In this document: piece after piece, positions 1 to 9,943 of the stretch | How the letters are laid out: each line of letters starts with the position of its first letter | Numbering within the stretch: position 1 is the first letter of the stretch | Assembly: GCA_030615505.1 (NCBI GenBank) | Contig: JAUWZD010000009.1 | Location: forward strand, 1,563 to 65,562 | DNA length: 64,000 nucleotides | Reading direction: 5' to 3' | Source: Spirochaetales bacterium | GTDB taxonomy: Bacteria; Spirochaetota; Spirochaetia; SZUA-6; DRHE01 | Notes under the pieces: generated by a model | Databases searched by the model: none | What the model saw: the letters and a program-made list of their open reading frames with translations, nothing else | What the model was told of the DNA's origin: nothing | Translations under genes and position numbers: made by a program

Positions 1-17
1 AGTGAAAGGAAAATAAT

Positions 18-584
18 ATGAGGAAAATAAAAGTAGATGCAGATATGTTGATCTGGGCACTGTAAGATCACAATTTTGAAACACACCACTATTTCGATTT
101 AAAAACAGGAGAGATCTTACTCCTTACTGATTTTGATATGCCGGAGGAAGATTATGCAGATGAACTTAAGGAAAGTATTAAGGCTGAATTACTCCCTCTT
201 CCAGAGGAAAGGGTTTCAAAAAAGAAGAAATATATACTCAGTAAGAAACAGATTGAGTATTTATCATATGCCTTTGACCTTATGTACGATGAAATTATAA
301 ACGATATAAAAACGCTTTTTATTGTGGAAATGGAAGATTATGGAGACTTTATCCAATATGCTTATGAAGGCCTCGACTTCCTTATAATGTATGAGCTAAA
401 ATTTGATGGATTTGATGAAAGTCCGCAGGGTGAAATGATGGGAATTGGATCGTTCTCTACTAAAGAATGGTTTAAGCTGTATAATAAGCCAAGAAATCAC
501 CATCCATTTTTTTGGGATATGAATGAAAGATTGAGTTTCCCGGCAAATAGAGAAATAACAGTGTATTATGCTATCATACCTTAA
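18..584 (+). pseudogene. UPF0158-like protein with early nonsense codon; 3' part may be chimeric
   Basis: ATG at 18 after AAGGA reads MRKIKVDADMLIWAL*DHNFETHHYFDLKTGEILLL, in frame with ORF 138..584. TAA at 63-65 falls where Glu is expected. YFDLKTGEI resembles UPF0158. Confidence 0.5.
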
Positions 585-620
585 AATCTTGTTATTTTAG
601 CAAGAAATTTTTAAAGTCCA
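567..620 (+). repeat. ~54 bp dispersed repeat with internal hairpin (copy 1; copy 2 inverted at 31284-31336)
   Basis: tatgctatcataccttaaaatcttgttattttagcaagaaatttttaaagtcca vs reverse complement of 31284-31336, tatgctatgataccgtaaaatcttgttattttaacaagaaattctaaagtcca. Confidence 0.8.
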
Positions 621-636
621 GCGCCCGAAAATGTTT

Positions 637-688
637 TGTTGGATTTTAGCGTGTAAAAATCAGGTTGCGGATGTAATCTGCGATGGGA
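637..688 (-). repeat. partial copy of the attC-like element at 49846-49963
   Basis: Shares ggttgcggatgtaatctgcg(a/c)tggga and upstream tgttgga..ttt with 49912-49963. Confidence 0.7.
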
Positions 689-714
689 TTTATAAGATAA
701 TTAATTTAGAGGGC

Positions 715-850
715 TCACGATGCTGCTCCAATTATTGAGAATTCCTCGGTTAAAAACTCAAGTCCATAGCAGCAGTTTTTTTCAATTATATTCTCGATCT
801 TCTAGATTTTAGGAAGAAACATTTCCCACATCTTCGTGAACTCATTGTTA
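715..850 (-). pseudogene. GyrI-like effector-binding domain remnant
   Basis: Minus strand reads NNEFTKMWEMFLPKI*KIENIIEKNCCYGLEF; recognised by eye, short. Confidence 0.35.
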
Positions 851-874
851 TTATTATCACTAAAAACAAGCTGA

Positions 875-898
875 CTCAGAAAGACGTCTCTTTCTGAG
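875..898. other. perfect 10-bp-stem hairpin (possible terminator or operator)
   Basis: ctcagaaaga-cgtc-tctttctgag. Confidence 0.4.
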
Positions 899-957
899 GT
901 AATTGATATTTTTTGCTTGCTCATGGATTTTATTTGCTGCTTGACATATTCAGAAAT

Positions 958-988
958 TTGACTTAATTTAATTTTAACGTAATAGGTT
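958..988 (+). promoter_or_regulatory. MerR-type promoter with 19-bp spacer
   Basis: TTGACT-N19-TAGGTT with a TTAA..TTAA dyad across the spacer, directly upstream of a MerR gene. Confidence 0.5.
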
Positions 989-1007
989 AATATTTGGCAG
1001 GAGTAAT

Positions 1008-1583
1008 ATGTCGAAGAGGAATAGCCATACGATTGTTAGGGATAAAATCACAATCCAAAATGAGCGGGTAAACAATCGCAGGAGCGATCAGCACGCTGCT
1101 CACAGAGGGGGCAGGGAGAAGGATGATAAATTCCTTCGTATCGGGGAGCTTGCTGAAATGGCAGGTGTTACCGGACGAACCATTCGTTATTACGAAGAAC
1201 TGGGATTATTAAAAGCTCCGGAGCGCCGGGACACGGAACACAGAAGATACGCTCAGAAAGATCTCCTCTATCTGCGAAGAATTCAGCAGCTCAAGAGCTA
1301 CGGGCTCACCTTAAGTGAAATTAAGGAGATCATAGATCTCGCTCAAGTTGATCCTTCAGGAGAAAAGAGACGATTGAAGCTTCTCACGCGATACAGCGAA
1401 AAATGGCGGGAGGCCATGGAGCGCAAGAGGCGCCTTGATGAATATATCAAAGAACTTGAATGGCATATCGATCAGCTTGAAAAAGTCGGTAATTTCCAGG
1501 CCTGTCCCGGTGAGGAATGCAAGAAGTGTAAATACACAGGTATCTGTAAGTTTGCCAATTTGAATAGTAAAACAGCCCTTTGA
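1008..1583 (+). CDS. MerR-family transcriptional regulator with C-terminal 4-Cys tail
   Basis: LRIGELAEMAGVTGRTIRYYEELGLL HTH; coiled coil; C-terminal CPGEECKKCKYTGIC. Confidence 0.92.
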   Translation: MSKRNSHTIVRDKITIQNERVNNRRSDQHAAHRGGREKDDKFLRIGELAEMAGVTGRTIRYYEELGLLKAPERRDTEHRRYAQKDLLYLRRIQQLKSYGLTLSEIKEIIDLAQVDPSGEKRRLKLLTRYSEKWREAMERKRRLDEYIKELEWHIDQLEKVGNFQACPGEECKKCKYTGICKFANLNSKTAL

Positions 1584-1595
1584 TAAGGAAAAAAC

Positions 1596-2621
1596 ATGAA
1601 AGCAGCGGTTCTTACATCGCCTGAAAACATTGCAGTTAAGGAAGTGGAAACTCCAAGCATTCGGAGAAATGAGATACTTGTAAAAGTAAAATATTGCGGC
1701 ATATGCACACTTGAGCAGCGCCTGTTTATAGGTGCTATGAAGCTCTATTACCCAATTATCCCCGGTCATGAGGCATCGGGAGAAGTCGTTCAGGTTGGCG
1801 AAGATGTTCAGTATGGAATTAAGCCAGGTACGCGGGTGGCTTTAGATTTAATAACTCGCTGCGGGGAATGCTACTTTTGCAGAAAGGGTCAGTCAAATAT
1901 GTGTCTCAACCGCTTTAAGAAAGGCCGGGGAGTGTTGGGAGGATTCGGAGAGTATCTGGCTGCAAAATCAACCCAGGTTTTCCCCATTTCCGATTCACTC
2001 TCTTATCAGGAGGCGGCTCTAGCCGAGCCTGTTGCCTGCTGTATACACTCATTAAAAAAGATTAAGCTTTCCTTAGCGGATGATCTTCTCATTATGGGAG
2101 CTGGACCCATGGGGCTTATTCATCTGCAAACAGCTCTCTGCATGGGTGTGAGGGTTTTCGTTTCTGATCCTGATAAAAATCGCCTTGATAAAGCCATGGA
2201 ACTTGGAGCCTATATATCAATAGATCCTTCTAACGAAGATCTCACCGGGATCGTTAAGGAGCATACGGAAGGCAGAGGCGTAGATGCCTGTGTGATCACT
2301 ACTCCCGCTCATGAGGCGCTTAAGCCGGCTTTTGAGGCTATTTCTCATGCGGGCAGGGTAAATATTTATACCTCATATAATAATAAGCCTGGCCTGCCTG
2401 TTGACGCAAATAACCTGCACAAGACAGAAAAGCTCGTTACAGGCAGTGAAGGTAGAACTGAAAATGATTTCCTGCAAGCAGTACGCCTGCTTTCCTTTGG
2501 CAAGTTGAATATTAAGACCCTGATCAGTTCTACCACCTCTTTTGACAGTATTGAAGAGGGAATGAGAGCAGCAATGAGCCGGTCTACCTACAGGGTCCTT
2601 CTCGATCACGAGGCTGGCTGA
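1596..2621 (+). CDS. Zn-dependent medium-chain (polyol/sugar) dehydrogenase
   Basis: GHE motif, CGECYFC..C structural Zn site, GAGPMG Rossmann motif. Confidence 0.92.
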   Translation: MKAAVLTSPENIAVKEVETPSIRRNEILVKVKYCGICTLEQRLFIGAMKLYYPIIPGHEASGEVVQVGEDVQYGIKPGTRVALDLITRCGECYFCRKGQSNMCLNRFKKGRGVLGGFGEYLAAKSTQVFPISDSLSYQEAALAEPVACCIHSLKKIKLSLADDLLIMGAGPMGLIHLQTALCMGVRVFVSDPDKNRLDKAMELGAYISIDPSNEDLTGIVKEHTEGRGVDACVITTPAHEALKPAFEAISHAGRVNIYTSYNNKPGLPVDANNLHKTEKLVTGSEGRTENDFLQAVRLLSFGKLNIKTLISSTTSFDSIEEGMRAAMSRSTYRVLLDHEAG

Positions 2622-4060
2622 TGATTTTGGTTTTTGACATAGGCACCTCAGTTGTCAAGGGAGGGGTCTTTGGCATGGATGGGGCTTTAAAAGCTAAAGC
2701 AGAGGCGCCGATAAAACTCCTCGAGAGTGAACATACTTTACATAATGAGTCTGACACCGGGTGCTGGATATCATCCCTTTCCCTGGTCACCGCACAGCTT
2801 GAGATCCGAAAGGAAAAAGATCTTGATGCAATTGTTTTGAGCGGAAACGGGCCAACCCTGGTTCCTGTGGGCAGTAACGGAAAGCCCTTGGATTATGCCA
2901 TGACATGGATGGACAGGCGCGCTATTGAAGAAGCAGAGTTGATCGCAGAGGTAAGCGGCTTTCATATTGATCCCAGCTTCAACCTGCCCAAGGCTTACTG
3001 GATATTCAGAAATAAAACGCAAGTTTACGATAAAACTGAAGCCTTCCTTTCCTGTCCGGAGTATATTGGTTTTTTTCTAACTGGAAATGCCTGGACAATT
3101 CTACCCTCTCCTCCCTTTACCCGTATTATTTGGACACCTGAATTAGTCGAGAAACTTGGCATGAGCCGTGAGAAATTTCCCTCATTTATAAGACCCGGTG
3201 AGACAATGGGAAAAGTACGCAAGAGAGCTGAGGAGCTTACAGGGATACCTGCCGGTGTTCCGGTTCTTGCAGGGGGTCCTGATTTTATTATGGCTCTCCT
3301 GGGAACGGCAACCGTGTATCCGGGCAGGGTCTGTGAACGAGCCGGCACTTCTGAGGGCATAAACCTCTGCTCCGATAAACTCATAGAAGATAAGAGGCTC
3401 TTAACTCTGCCCCATATAATAGAAGGTTTTTATAATATCTCAGGAATCATTTCTACCTCCGGCAAGGCGCTTGAGTGGTTTAAGAATATAACAGGCAGGG
3501 AAAAACTCGATTACGAGACCATGTTTGAGGATATCTGCCAGGTTCCTTCCGGATCCAAGGGACTCCTCTTTCTTCCGTATCTTGCCGGTGAAAGAGCCCC
3601 TATATGGGATCCGCTGGCAAGAGGAGCATTTGTGGGTTTAACCTTGAATCACGGCATGAAGGAAATGACTAAGGCAGTGGTCGAATCTGTAGGGTACGCT
3701 ATTCGTGATGTTATTGAAGTGATGGAAGAAAATGGTTGTGCAATAGAAGAGCTCAGGGTGACAGGAAGCCAGGCAAAGAGTCCGCTCTGGAATCAGATTA
3801 AGGCGGATATTTCAGGTAAGCAGGTGCTTGTCCCTGAATTAAGCGATTCTGAGATAGCGGGAGGCCTCTGTATAGGCTTATACTCCCTTGGCCGGTATAA
3901 TTCCCTTGCAGAGGCATCTGACAGCTTGGTCAAAATAAAGAAAGTTTATTTTCCACAGCCTGAAGCCAGGACTGTCTATGATAATCTCTTTAAGCTGTAC
4001 CGGGAATCTTACAGAGGCCTGAAGAATGTCTTTAAACGAATTCCTGAAATAGAGACTTAA
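2621..4060 (+). CDS. FGGY-family carbohydrate kinase (xylulokinase-like)
   Basis: DIGTS, GTS, LPYLAGERAPIWDP..RG motifs. Confidence 0.92.
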   Translation: MILVFDIGTSVVKGGVFGMDGALKAKAEAPIKLLESEHTLHNESDTGCWISSLSLVTAQLEIRKEKDLDAIVLSGNGPTLVPVGSNGKPLDYAMTWMDRRAIEEAELIAEVSGFHIDPSFNLPKAYWIFRNKTQVYDKTEAFLSCPEYIGFFLTGNAWTILPSPPFTRIIWTPELVEKLGMSREKFPSFIRPGETMGKVRKRAEELTGIPAGVPVLAGGPDFIMALLGTATVYPGRVCERAGTSEGINLCSDKLIEDKRLLTLPHIIEGFYNISGIISTSGKALEWFKNITGREKLDYETMFEDICQVPSGSKGLLFLPYLAGERAPIWDPLARGAFVGLTLNHGMKEMTKAVVESVGYAIRDVIEVMEENGCAIEELRVTGSQAKSPLWNQIKADISGKQVLVPELSDSEIAGGLCIGLYSLGRYNSLAEASDSLVKIKKVYFPQPEARTVYDNLFKLYRESYRGLKNVFKRIPEIET

Positions 4061-4069
4061 GGAGGAAAT

Positions 4070-4864
4070 ATGAGCCCGGGAAAGAAAATGAGGATGAACT
4101 CGATTTTTCGTAAAGGAAATGGAAGATCTGTGATTGTCGCGCTGGATCACGGCGGAATTGCGGGACCCATAAAGGGAATTGAAAAACCGGGACATGTTAT
4201 CAAATCATGCGTTGAAGGCGGGGCTGACGCCGTTCTTACTACCCGCGGAGTTGTCAAAGCAGCGATTGAGCAGTGGGATCGAGAACTGGCTCTTATTTTA
4301 AGGCTTACCGGGGGCTTCACCGTTTTAGGAGGAAAATTTGAAGAGGAGATGATATCCAGCCCCGAAGCAGCGCTCTTCTTTAGCGCAGCCGGAGCTGCGG
4401 TGACTGTGAAGTTTGGACACGAACGTGAGGGCGAATTTATAAAGCAGGCATCCCTAACCGCGGATTCATGTGAGCGCTGGTCCATGCCCCTGATGGTCGA
4501 AGCCATGGCCAGGGGTAAGGATCTTAAGCCCATAGACTTAAGAGGTGTTAAACTGGCTGTAAGGGCGGCCCAGGAGATAGGTGCGGATATAGTAAAAAGT
4601 TATTATACCGGAGATCCTGGCAGTTTTAGAGAGGTGGTTGAGGGGTGTCCGGTCCCGATTGTCATTCTCGGTGGAGAAAAAACTGAGAACCTGGAAGATG
4701 TTTTTAGTGATGTATATCATTCTCTTCAGGCGGGAGGCGCAGGCATTGCTATTGGACGGAATATCTGGCAGCATGAAAATGTTAAGGCCATGATAGAGGC
4801 TATGGTGGGCCTGGTTCATGAGGTGTGGAGCGTTAAACAGGCGTTGAAGCACGTCCAGAGTTAA
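4070..4864 (+). CDS. class I aldolase, DhnA/FbaB/LsrF family
   Basis: VALDHG, GADIVK (Schiff-base Lys), ILGG, GRNIWQ. Confidence 0.9.
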   Translation: MSPGKKMRMNSIFRKGNGRSVIVALDHGGIAGPIKGIEKPGHVIKSCVEGGADAVLTTRGVVKAAIEQWDRELALILRLTGGFTVLGGKFEEEMISSPEAALFFSAAGAAVTVKFGHEREGEFIKQASLTADSCERWSMPLMVEAMARGKDLKPIDLRGVKLAVRAAQEIGADIVKSYYTGDPGSFREVVEGCPVPIVILGGEKTENLEDVFSDVYHSLQAGGAGIAIGRNIWQHENVKAMIEAMVGLVHEVWSVKQALKHVQS

Positions 4865-5986
4865 ATGCCTTACCTCTGCTTTGCTTCGAATTTCTTATGG
4901 GTAATGATACTCGGTCTCTTCGGCCCCTCCCTTCCGGCTATCATCAGGGATCTCGACATCAGCTATGCCAGGGCAGGGCTCTTTTTCACATTCTTCTCTT
5001 TAGGCTCTCTTTTCGGCACTACTTTAGGCGGTATAGCAACAGATTATGTAAACAGGAAATTTCTCTACACCGGTGTAGCAGTCCTATTAGTTTGTGGCCT
5101 GGTCTGCATCGGTTTCGCCCCTTCATATCTGCTTATTCTTCTTATTATATTCCTATTAAGTCTCTTCGGGAGTCCCTTAGGCTCAATAGGTCAGAGCATA
5201 ATGCTCGATATGTTCCCGGAAAAGAGGGAGAGCTATCTCACAATTATGACCTTTTTTGCAGCATCCGGAAGTTTTTTAGCCCCACTGCTCGTTTCTTTAA
5301 ATTATACCGCCCATCTCTCCTGGAGGTGGCCCTTTATGGAAACAGCATGTTTGATAGCACTTCTAAGTATCTTTATTATATTGACTAAGATTCCCACCGC
5401 CAGGGCAAAGAGTGTAAGAAGGAAAAATTTCTTAGAGGTACTTAGAAACCCGAAAGTGCTTATAAGCTCTATTCTTATCTTCTTTTTGATGGCCACGGAT
5501 GTAGGCTTTCCCTACTGGTTAGCGGAGTATTTTAAATCGGAACTTAATGTCAGTATAAAGCTTTCCAGTGCGGTGATCAGTATATTTCTAGCCGGAGTCA
5601 TTTCGGTAAGACTTCTTATTACGCCATTGTTAAAGATAAGAAAACCGAAAGATATATTGAAGACCGGTTTGCTGCTTGCCATGGCCAGCCTGGCAGTCTT
5701 CCTTACTATCTCAACTGTATCGGTAAAAGTGGCGGCCGTGTTCTTCTTCGGTTTTGGCATAGGTCCGGTCTTTCCCCTATTAATGGCCAGGGGAACTGCG
5801 GCCTTCCCGGATCAGCCCGGTACAGTTACCGGGGTCCTCTTTGCATTCCTCTCCCTTGGCGGCATAATTTTTCCTCTTCTACTGGGCATTCTTGCTTCGA
5901 GATTTGGATTAGCGCAAATATATCTCTTTCACGGGGTGATCGTGCTTGGATTATTTATTACCGAATCAACTCTGTCACGCAAATGA
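4865..5986 (+). CDS. MFS transporter
   Basis: About 12 hydrophobic helices; GPSLP, D..NRK and GPVFP motifs. Confidence 0.88.
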   Translation: MPYLCFASNFLWVMILGLFGPSLPAIIRDLDISYARAGLFFTFFSLGSLFGTTLGGIATDYVNRKFLYTGVAVLLVCGLVCIGFAPSYLLILLIIFLLSLFGSPLGSIGQSIMLDMFPEKRESYLTIMTFFAASGSFLAPLLVSLNYTAHLSWRWPFMETACLIALLSIFIILTKIPTARAKSVRRKNFLEVLRNPKVLISSILIFFLMATDVGFPYWLAEYFKSELNVSIKLSSAVISIFLAGVISVRLLITPLLKIRKPKDILKTGLLLAMASLAVFLTISTVSVKVAAVFFFGFGIGPVFPLLMARGTAAFPDQPGTVTGVLFAFLSLGGIIFPLLLGILASRFGLAQIYLFHGVIVLGLFITESTLSRK

Positions 5987-6750
5987 TTTGCAGGCACATC
6001 ATGAATGCATGCAACGACCTCAGCGGCAATGGAGACTACGATCTCTGCAGCCGTGTCGCCGCCTATATTGATGCCCACCGGGGCAAAGAGGTATTCCGGC
6101 ACAGCTAAGCTGTCTTTCTCAAGGCGCTCGAGGGTTGTTTTTACTTTTTTACGTGAGCCGATAAGACCGATATATCTGAAATCACCTGGGATTTCCAGAA
6201 TCTGTTTCAGAACCGTATAATCGTGCTCATGCCCGTGGGTAGCGATAAAGGCGAACTCTGAAGCTTTAATTCTCTCTTTAACAGGTGATAGATCGTTATA
6301 ATCGCCTATTACAACGCTTTTTTGCGGGCCCTCTACAATTTTTTCCCGGACTTCCTTCCGGGAATCGAAAACAGTTACGTGAAAACCCAGGGATACTAAG
6401 ATAGGAGTGAGAGCCTGGCCGATATGCCCTCCCCCGAAGAGCATGAAAGATTTTACGCCTTTAAGATACTCTAAAACCAAAGTGGTCCGGCCCCCGCACT
6501 TCATTCCCAGTTCTTTAAGGTTGTACTCGAATATCTGATTCTCCCCGCTTTTAAGAACCTTACCGGCTTCCTCAATGGCCCGATGTTCTAAAGCGCCGCC
6601 GCCGACTGTTCCATAGGTCTCGTTATTATCAGTCAGAAGCAGCTTAAAGCCCGGTTTGCCAGGAGTACCCCTGCTGGATTTTACCACTGTGATCTGAACC
6701 ACGTTCATGCCGGATTCCAGCAGCTCGATGCACTTTCTGTAAATGTTCAT
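5929..6750 (-). CDS. xdhC: XdhC/CoxI-family molybdenum-hydroxylase maturation factor
   Basis: GTVGGGALE, LGMKCGG, FGGGHIG, ATHGHEHD, YIGLIGSRKK, APVG.NIG..TAAEI. Confidence 0.93.
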   Translation of the reverse strand: MNIYRKCIELLESGMNVVQITVVKSSRGTPGKPGFKLLLTDNNETYGTVGGGALEHRAIEEAGKVLKSGENQIFEYNLKELGMKCGGRTTLVLEYLKGVKSFMLFGGGHIGQALTPILVSLGFHVTVFDSRKEVREKIVEGPQKSVVIGDYNDLSPVKERIKASEFAFIATHGHEHDYTVLKQILEIPGDFRYIGLIGSRKKVKTTLERLEKDSLAVPEYLFAPVGINIGGDTAAEIVVSIAAEVVACIHDVPANHLRDRVDSVINNPSTITP

Positions 6751-6774
6751 GGCGTTATTATTAGGTCTTCATCC

Positions 6775-8124
6775 TTATGTCTTCTTGGGCAATTCCTTAA
6801 AGGCACTATCGATTCGCTCAAGCGCCTCATCAATATCCTTTTCTGTGTTCCCGGCAGATATGAAAGTCTCTTCGTATGCTGAGGGTGCAGTAAAGAAAAG
6901 GCCCTTATTAATCATGCTCATATACCATTTAAGCCATTGATCTTTGTCGTTTACTAAGGTCTCACGGTAATTCCGGGGTTTCTTCTCCATGAAAAAGACA
7001 GTCAACATGGGACCAATGCCGGCCGGCACGGCGCGAATACCGTGGCGACGGATGGAATCCTCGATTCCTTTTCTAAGCTTTTCGCCCATACGATCAGTAT
7101 GCTTGTATGCTTCCCTGGTCATGACCTTGGTGAGACAGGCTAAGCTGGCGGCCATCGATATTGGGTTGGCATTATAGGTCCCGAAATGAATCACCTCGCC
7201 CAGTGGATAGAACATATCCCAAAAATCTTCCGTCGCTCCGAAAGCAGCCAGGGGCAGTCCCCCCCCAAAGGCCTTGGAGAGGCATATTATATCCGGCCTT
7301 ACACCGGTTACTTCCGTACCGCCGCCCGGTGCCAGCCTGATTCCTACTTTTACCTCATCGAAAATAAGCACCACATTATAGTGCCTGGTAATCTCACGAA
7401 CCTTTTCAAGGTAGCCTTTATCGGGCAGGCACATACCGAAATTTGCTACGATGGGTTCCACTATGAGGCAGGCCACTTCACCGAGGTTTCGGTCAAGACA
7501 GCTTTTAAGGGCATCGGTATCATTCCACGGAACCACAAGTGTATTTTTAGCCGTATCGGGGAGGATTCCGGCGGATTCGATTACCGGGGTCGGGGCCCAG
7601 GCCGGCCCCATGTGCGCCGGCCGGTGAGGCTTATCGCTTATTAAAACAGCATCATGACAGCCGTGGTAACAGCCCTCAATCTTGATTATCTTGTCTTTTC
7701 CTGTGTATGCCCTGGCCAGGCGCAGTGCATACATGGTGGCCTCCGCCCCGGAATTGGCAAAGCGGAAAAAGCGCATGGAGCTGTATCTGCGCAGTAGCTC
7801 ACGCAGCAGCTTTTCAGTGATTCTACCCGGTATGCCGAACATACTGCCCTTTTCTGCCTGTTCTTTAATGGCCCGGTTAATTTCAGGGTGTGCATGACCG
7901 GCGATAATGGCTCCGTAACAGTTGTTGAAATCAATATACTCATTTCCGTCCACATCCCATATCCTGCCTCCCTTGCCTCTTTCTACAAAGAATGGATATG
8001 GTTCATAGTAACGGAAAGGGCTGGCAACCCCGCCCTGTATAAGATCGGCCGCTGAGGCGTGCAGCCCGGCGGATTTAGGTGTTCTCTTACGGAATTCATC
8101 AAGAATTGCTGGTAAATCCGACAT
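6775..8124 (-). CDS. class III PLP aminotransferase (glutamate-1-semialdehyde aminomutase-like)
   Basis: DVDGNEYID, NSGAEA, GCYHG, LIFDEV, SKAFGGGLP, GTYNANP. Confidence 0.9.
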   Translation of the reverse strand: MSDLPAILDEFRKRTPKSAGLHASAADLIQGGVASPFRYYEPYPFFVERGKGGRIWDVDGNEYIDFNNCYGAIIAGHAHPEINRAIKEQAEKGSMFGIPGRITEKLLRELLRRYSSMRFFRFANSGAEATMYALRLARAYTGKDKIIKIEGCYHGCHDAVLISDKPHRPAHMGPAWAPTPVIESAGILPDTAKNTLVVPWNDTDALKSCLDRNLGEVACLIVEPIVANFGMCLPDKGYLEKVREITRHYNVVLIFDEVKVGIRLAPGGGTEVTGVRPDIICLSKAFGGGLPLAAFGATEDFWDMFYPLGEVIHFGTYNANPISMAASLACLTKVMTREAYKHTDRMGEKLRKGIEDSIRRHGIRAVPAGIGPMLTVFFMEKKPRNYRETLVNDKDQWLKWYMSMINKGLFFTAPSAYEETFISAGNTEKDIDEALERIDSAFKELPKKT

Positions 8125-8171
8125 TGGGACCTCCTTTTCTGGCGTCTTCGTTTAATTGAAATTTTCTTAAT

Positions 8172-8199
8172 ATTCTAATATCTTCAATTAGTGTGTCAA
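8172..8199 (-). promoter_or_regulatory. sigma70-like promoter for aminotransferase-xdhC
   Basis: Minus strand TTGACA-N16-TAGAAT. Confidence 0.5.
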
Positions 8200-8217
8200 T
8201 CATATTTTAAGGTAATA

Positions 8218-8236
8218 ATTCTCACTATTTGGAATC
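8218..8236. promoter_or_regulatory. candidate IclR operator (matches 63663-63681)
   Basis: Imperfect palindrome attctcactatttggaatc; reverse complement matches 15/19 to gattccatataatgataaa. Confidence 0.5.
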
Positions 8237-8384
8237 TGATTGAATAATCTATTTAGAAATAATTTGATTTCCTGATCCAACTAATTTATAATAATTATCA
8301 TATCTATTCTCAAGATTGTGGAGCAATGGATAAGTCCCTTTCATAAGGGATGTTGTTGCTTCAAAAAAAGTTAAGGAGGGATGT

Positions 8385-9920
8385 ATGGGCACGAATATGA
8401 TCGAAATTGTCGTGATCATCCTCTATTTAATCGGCATGATCGTCATCGGTGCGGTGCTTGCCAGAAGAATCAAGAGCAGCGATGACTATCTCGCCGCAGG
8501 CAGGAGGATGCCTATGTGGCTTGTTACCGCCACCCTGTTCGCCACATGGTGGGGTGGTGGTACGGTCTTAGGTGGTTCCGGCGCAGCCTTCTATGACGGT
8601 TTCCATGGGGTTATGTATGATCCCTATGGAGCGGGCCTTACCCTGATTCTGGCCGGGCTCTTATTCATGAAGATCATCCACGATGCTAAGGTAAACACCG
8701 TGGCACAGTTTTTTTCCTGCCGCTTTGGCCCCTGGGCGTCTTCCTGGTCGGGTATTCTCATGGTGCCGACCTACTGCCTATGGGGTGCTGTCCAGCTCGT
8801 AGCAATCGGAAAGATCTTTGAGGTGGTGCTGGGATGGCCTTATGCATTGACTATCTTGATCGGAACGGCCATTATCCTCGCCTATACCTTACTGGGAGGT
8901 ATGCTGGCCGTTGCCTGGACCGACTTTTTCCAGATTCTAATAGTACTGGCGGGGTTGATCATTATTCTGCCCCTGTCTATCAATCTGGCAGGTGGATGGA
9001 GCAAGGTAGTTGAAGCCACGCCAAAGCATTTCTTTGCAATTTTCCCGGCCAAGGGCTCGGAGATGGCGCCCCCGGACCTGGGCGGCTGGCTGTGGTGGAT
9101 CAGCGCAATACTGGGGGTCGGCCTCGGCTCACTGGCCTGTCCTGATCTCTACCAGAGAGCGATTGTGGCTAAAACCGGTAAGGCGGCCAGTAAAGCGGCG
9201 CTTACAAGCGGTGTAGGCTACTGGCTGCTGGGCGTAATACCCGTTTATCTTGCCTTTGTGGCCATAGCCCTGATCGGCCAGGGTGTCCTGGATGGGGCTG
9301 CGATAGAAGCGGACAGTGAAAAGATTGTCCTGCTCTTGACACGGGCTGTTCTTCCCCCCGTGCTATCCGCGATTTTTATTGCTTCACTACTTGCGACAGT
9401 CATGTCATCCGGTGACTCTGCAATGTTTGCTCCTGCAGCCATTCTTTCCAATGACCTCTATAAGCCGCTTTACGAGAAATCGGCCAAAAAGGCACTATCC
9501 GATAGTGGTCTGATTCTCTCCACGAGGGTCTCAGTAGCTATCATTGCCGCTATTGCGCTTATCATCGGCTTCTTCTACGCAAATATGTATGACCTTTTAA
9601 TCGTAGCTTTTGAGCTTCTCTTTCACATGCTTTTCTTCCCGCTCATCCTGGGCGTCTACTGGAAGAAGGCCAATGCTCCGGGAGCTATCTCGGCTATGAT
9701 CACAGGTTTGGTACTCTCAGTCGGCTGGTTCATCATTGCAGGTTCCCTGTTCCCTGAGCCGGAGTGGTTATCCGTTTTAGGCCCCGGAACAACAGGCGGT
9801 GTTGTGATGATCATTGTCTCTTTAGCCACTCAGAAGAGCCATCCGCCCAAAGCCCTGGTATCTTCGGACGGCAAGTTCCTGAAATGGTCTGACCTGCCCA
9901 GCCCTTTAGCGGGCAAGTAA
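8385..9920 (+). CDS. sodium:solute symporter (SSS) family, choline-transporter-like
   Basis: DYLAAGR, TLFATWWGGG, YTLLGGMLAVAWTDFFQ, ATVMSSGDS; about 13 TM helices. Confidence 0.93.
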   Translation: MGTNMIEIVVIILYLIGMIVIGAVLARRIKSSDDYLAAGRRMPMWLVTATLFATWWGGGTVLGGSGAAFYDGFHGVMYDPYGAGLTLILAGLLFMKIIHDAKVNTVAQFFSCRFGPWASSWSGILMVPTYCLWGAVQLVAIGKIFEVVLGWPYALTILIGTAIILAYTLLGGMLAVAWTDFFQILIVLAGLIIILPLSINLAGGWSKVVEATPKHFFAIFPAKGSEMAPPDLGGWLWWISAILGVGLGSLACPDLYQRAIVAKTGKAASKAALTSGVGYWLLGVIPVYLAFVAIALIGQGVLDGAAIEADSEKIVLLLTRAVLPPVLSAIFIASLLATVMSSGDSAMFAPAAILSNDLYKPLYEKSAKKALSDSGLILSTRVSVAIIAAIALIIGFFYANMYDLLIVAFELLFHMLFFPLILGVYWKKANAPGAISAMITGLVLSVGWFIIAGSLFPEPEWLSVLGPGTTGGVVMIIVSLATQKSHPPKALVSSDGKFLKWSDLPSPLAGK

Positions 9921-9943
9921 GAGACTGCTGGGGGGGGCATAAC

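Noticed and set aside
6775-8124. Calling the aminotransferase hemL
   Set aside because: No hem genes nearby and the context is catabolic; only a family-level call is supported.
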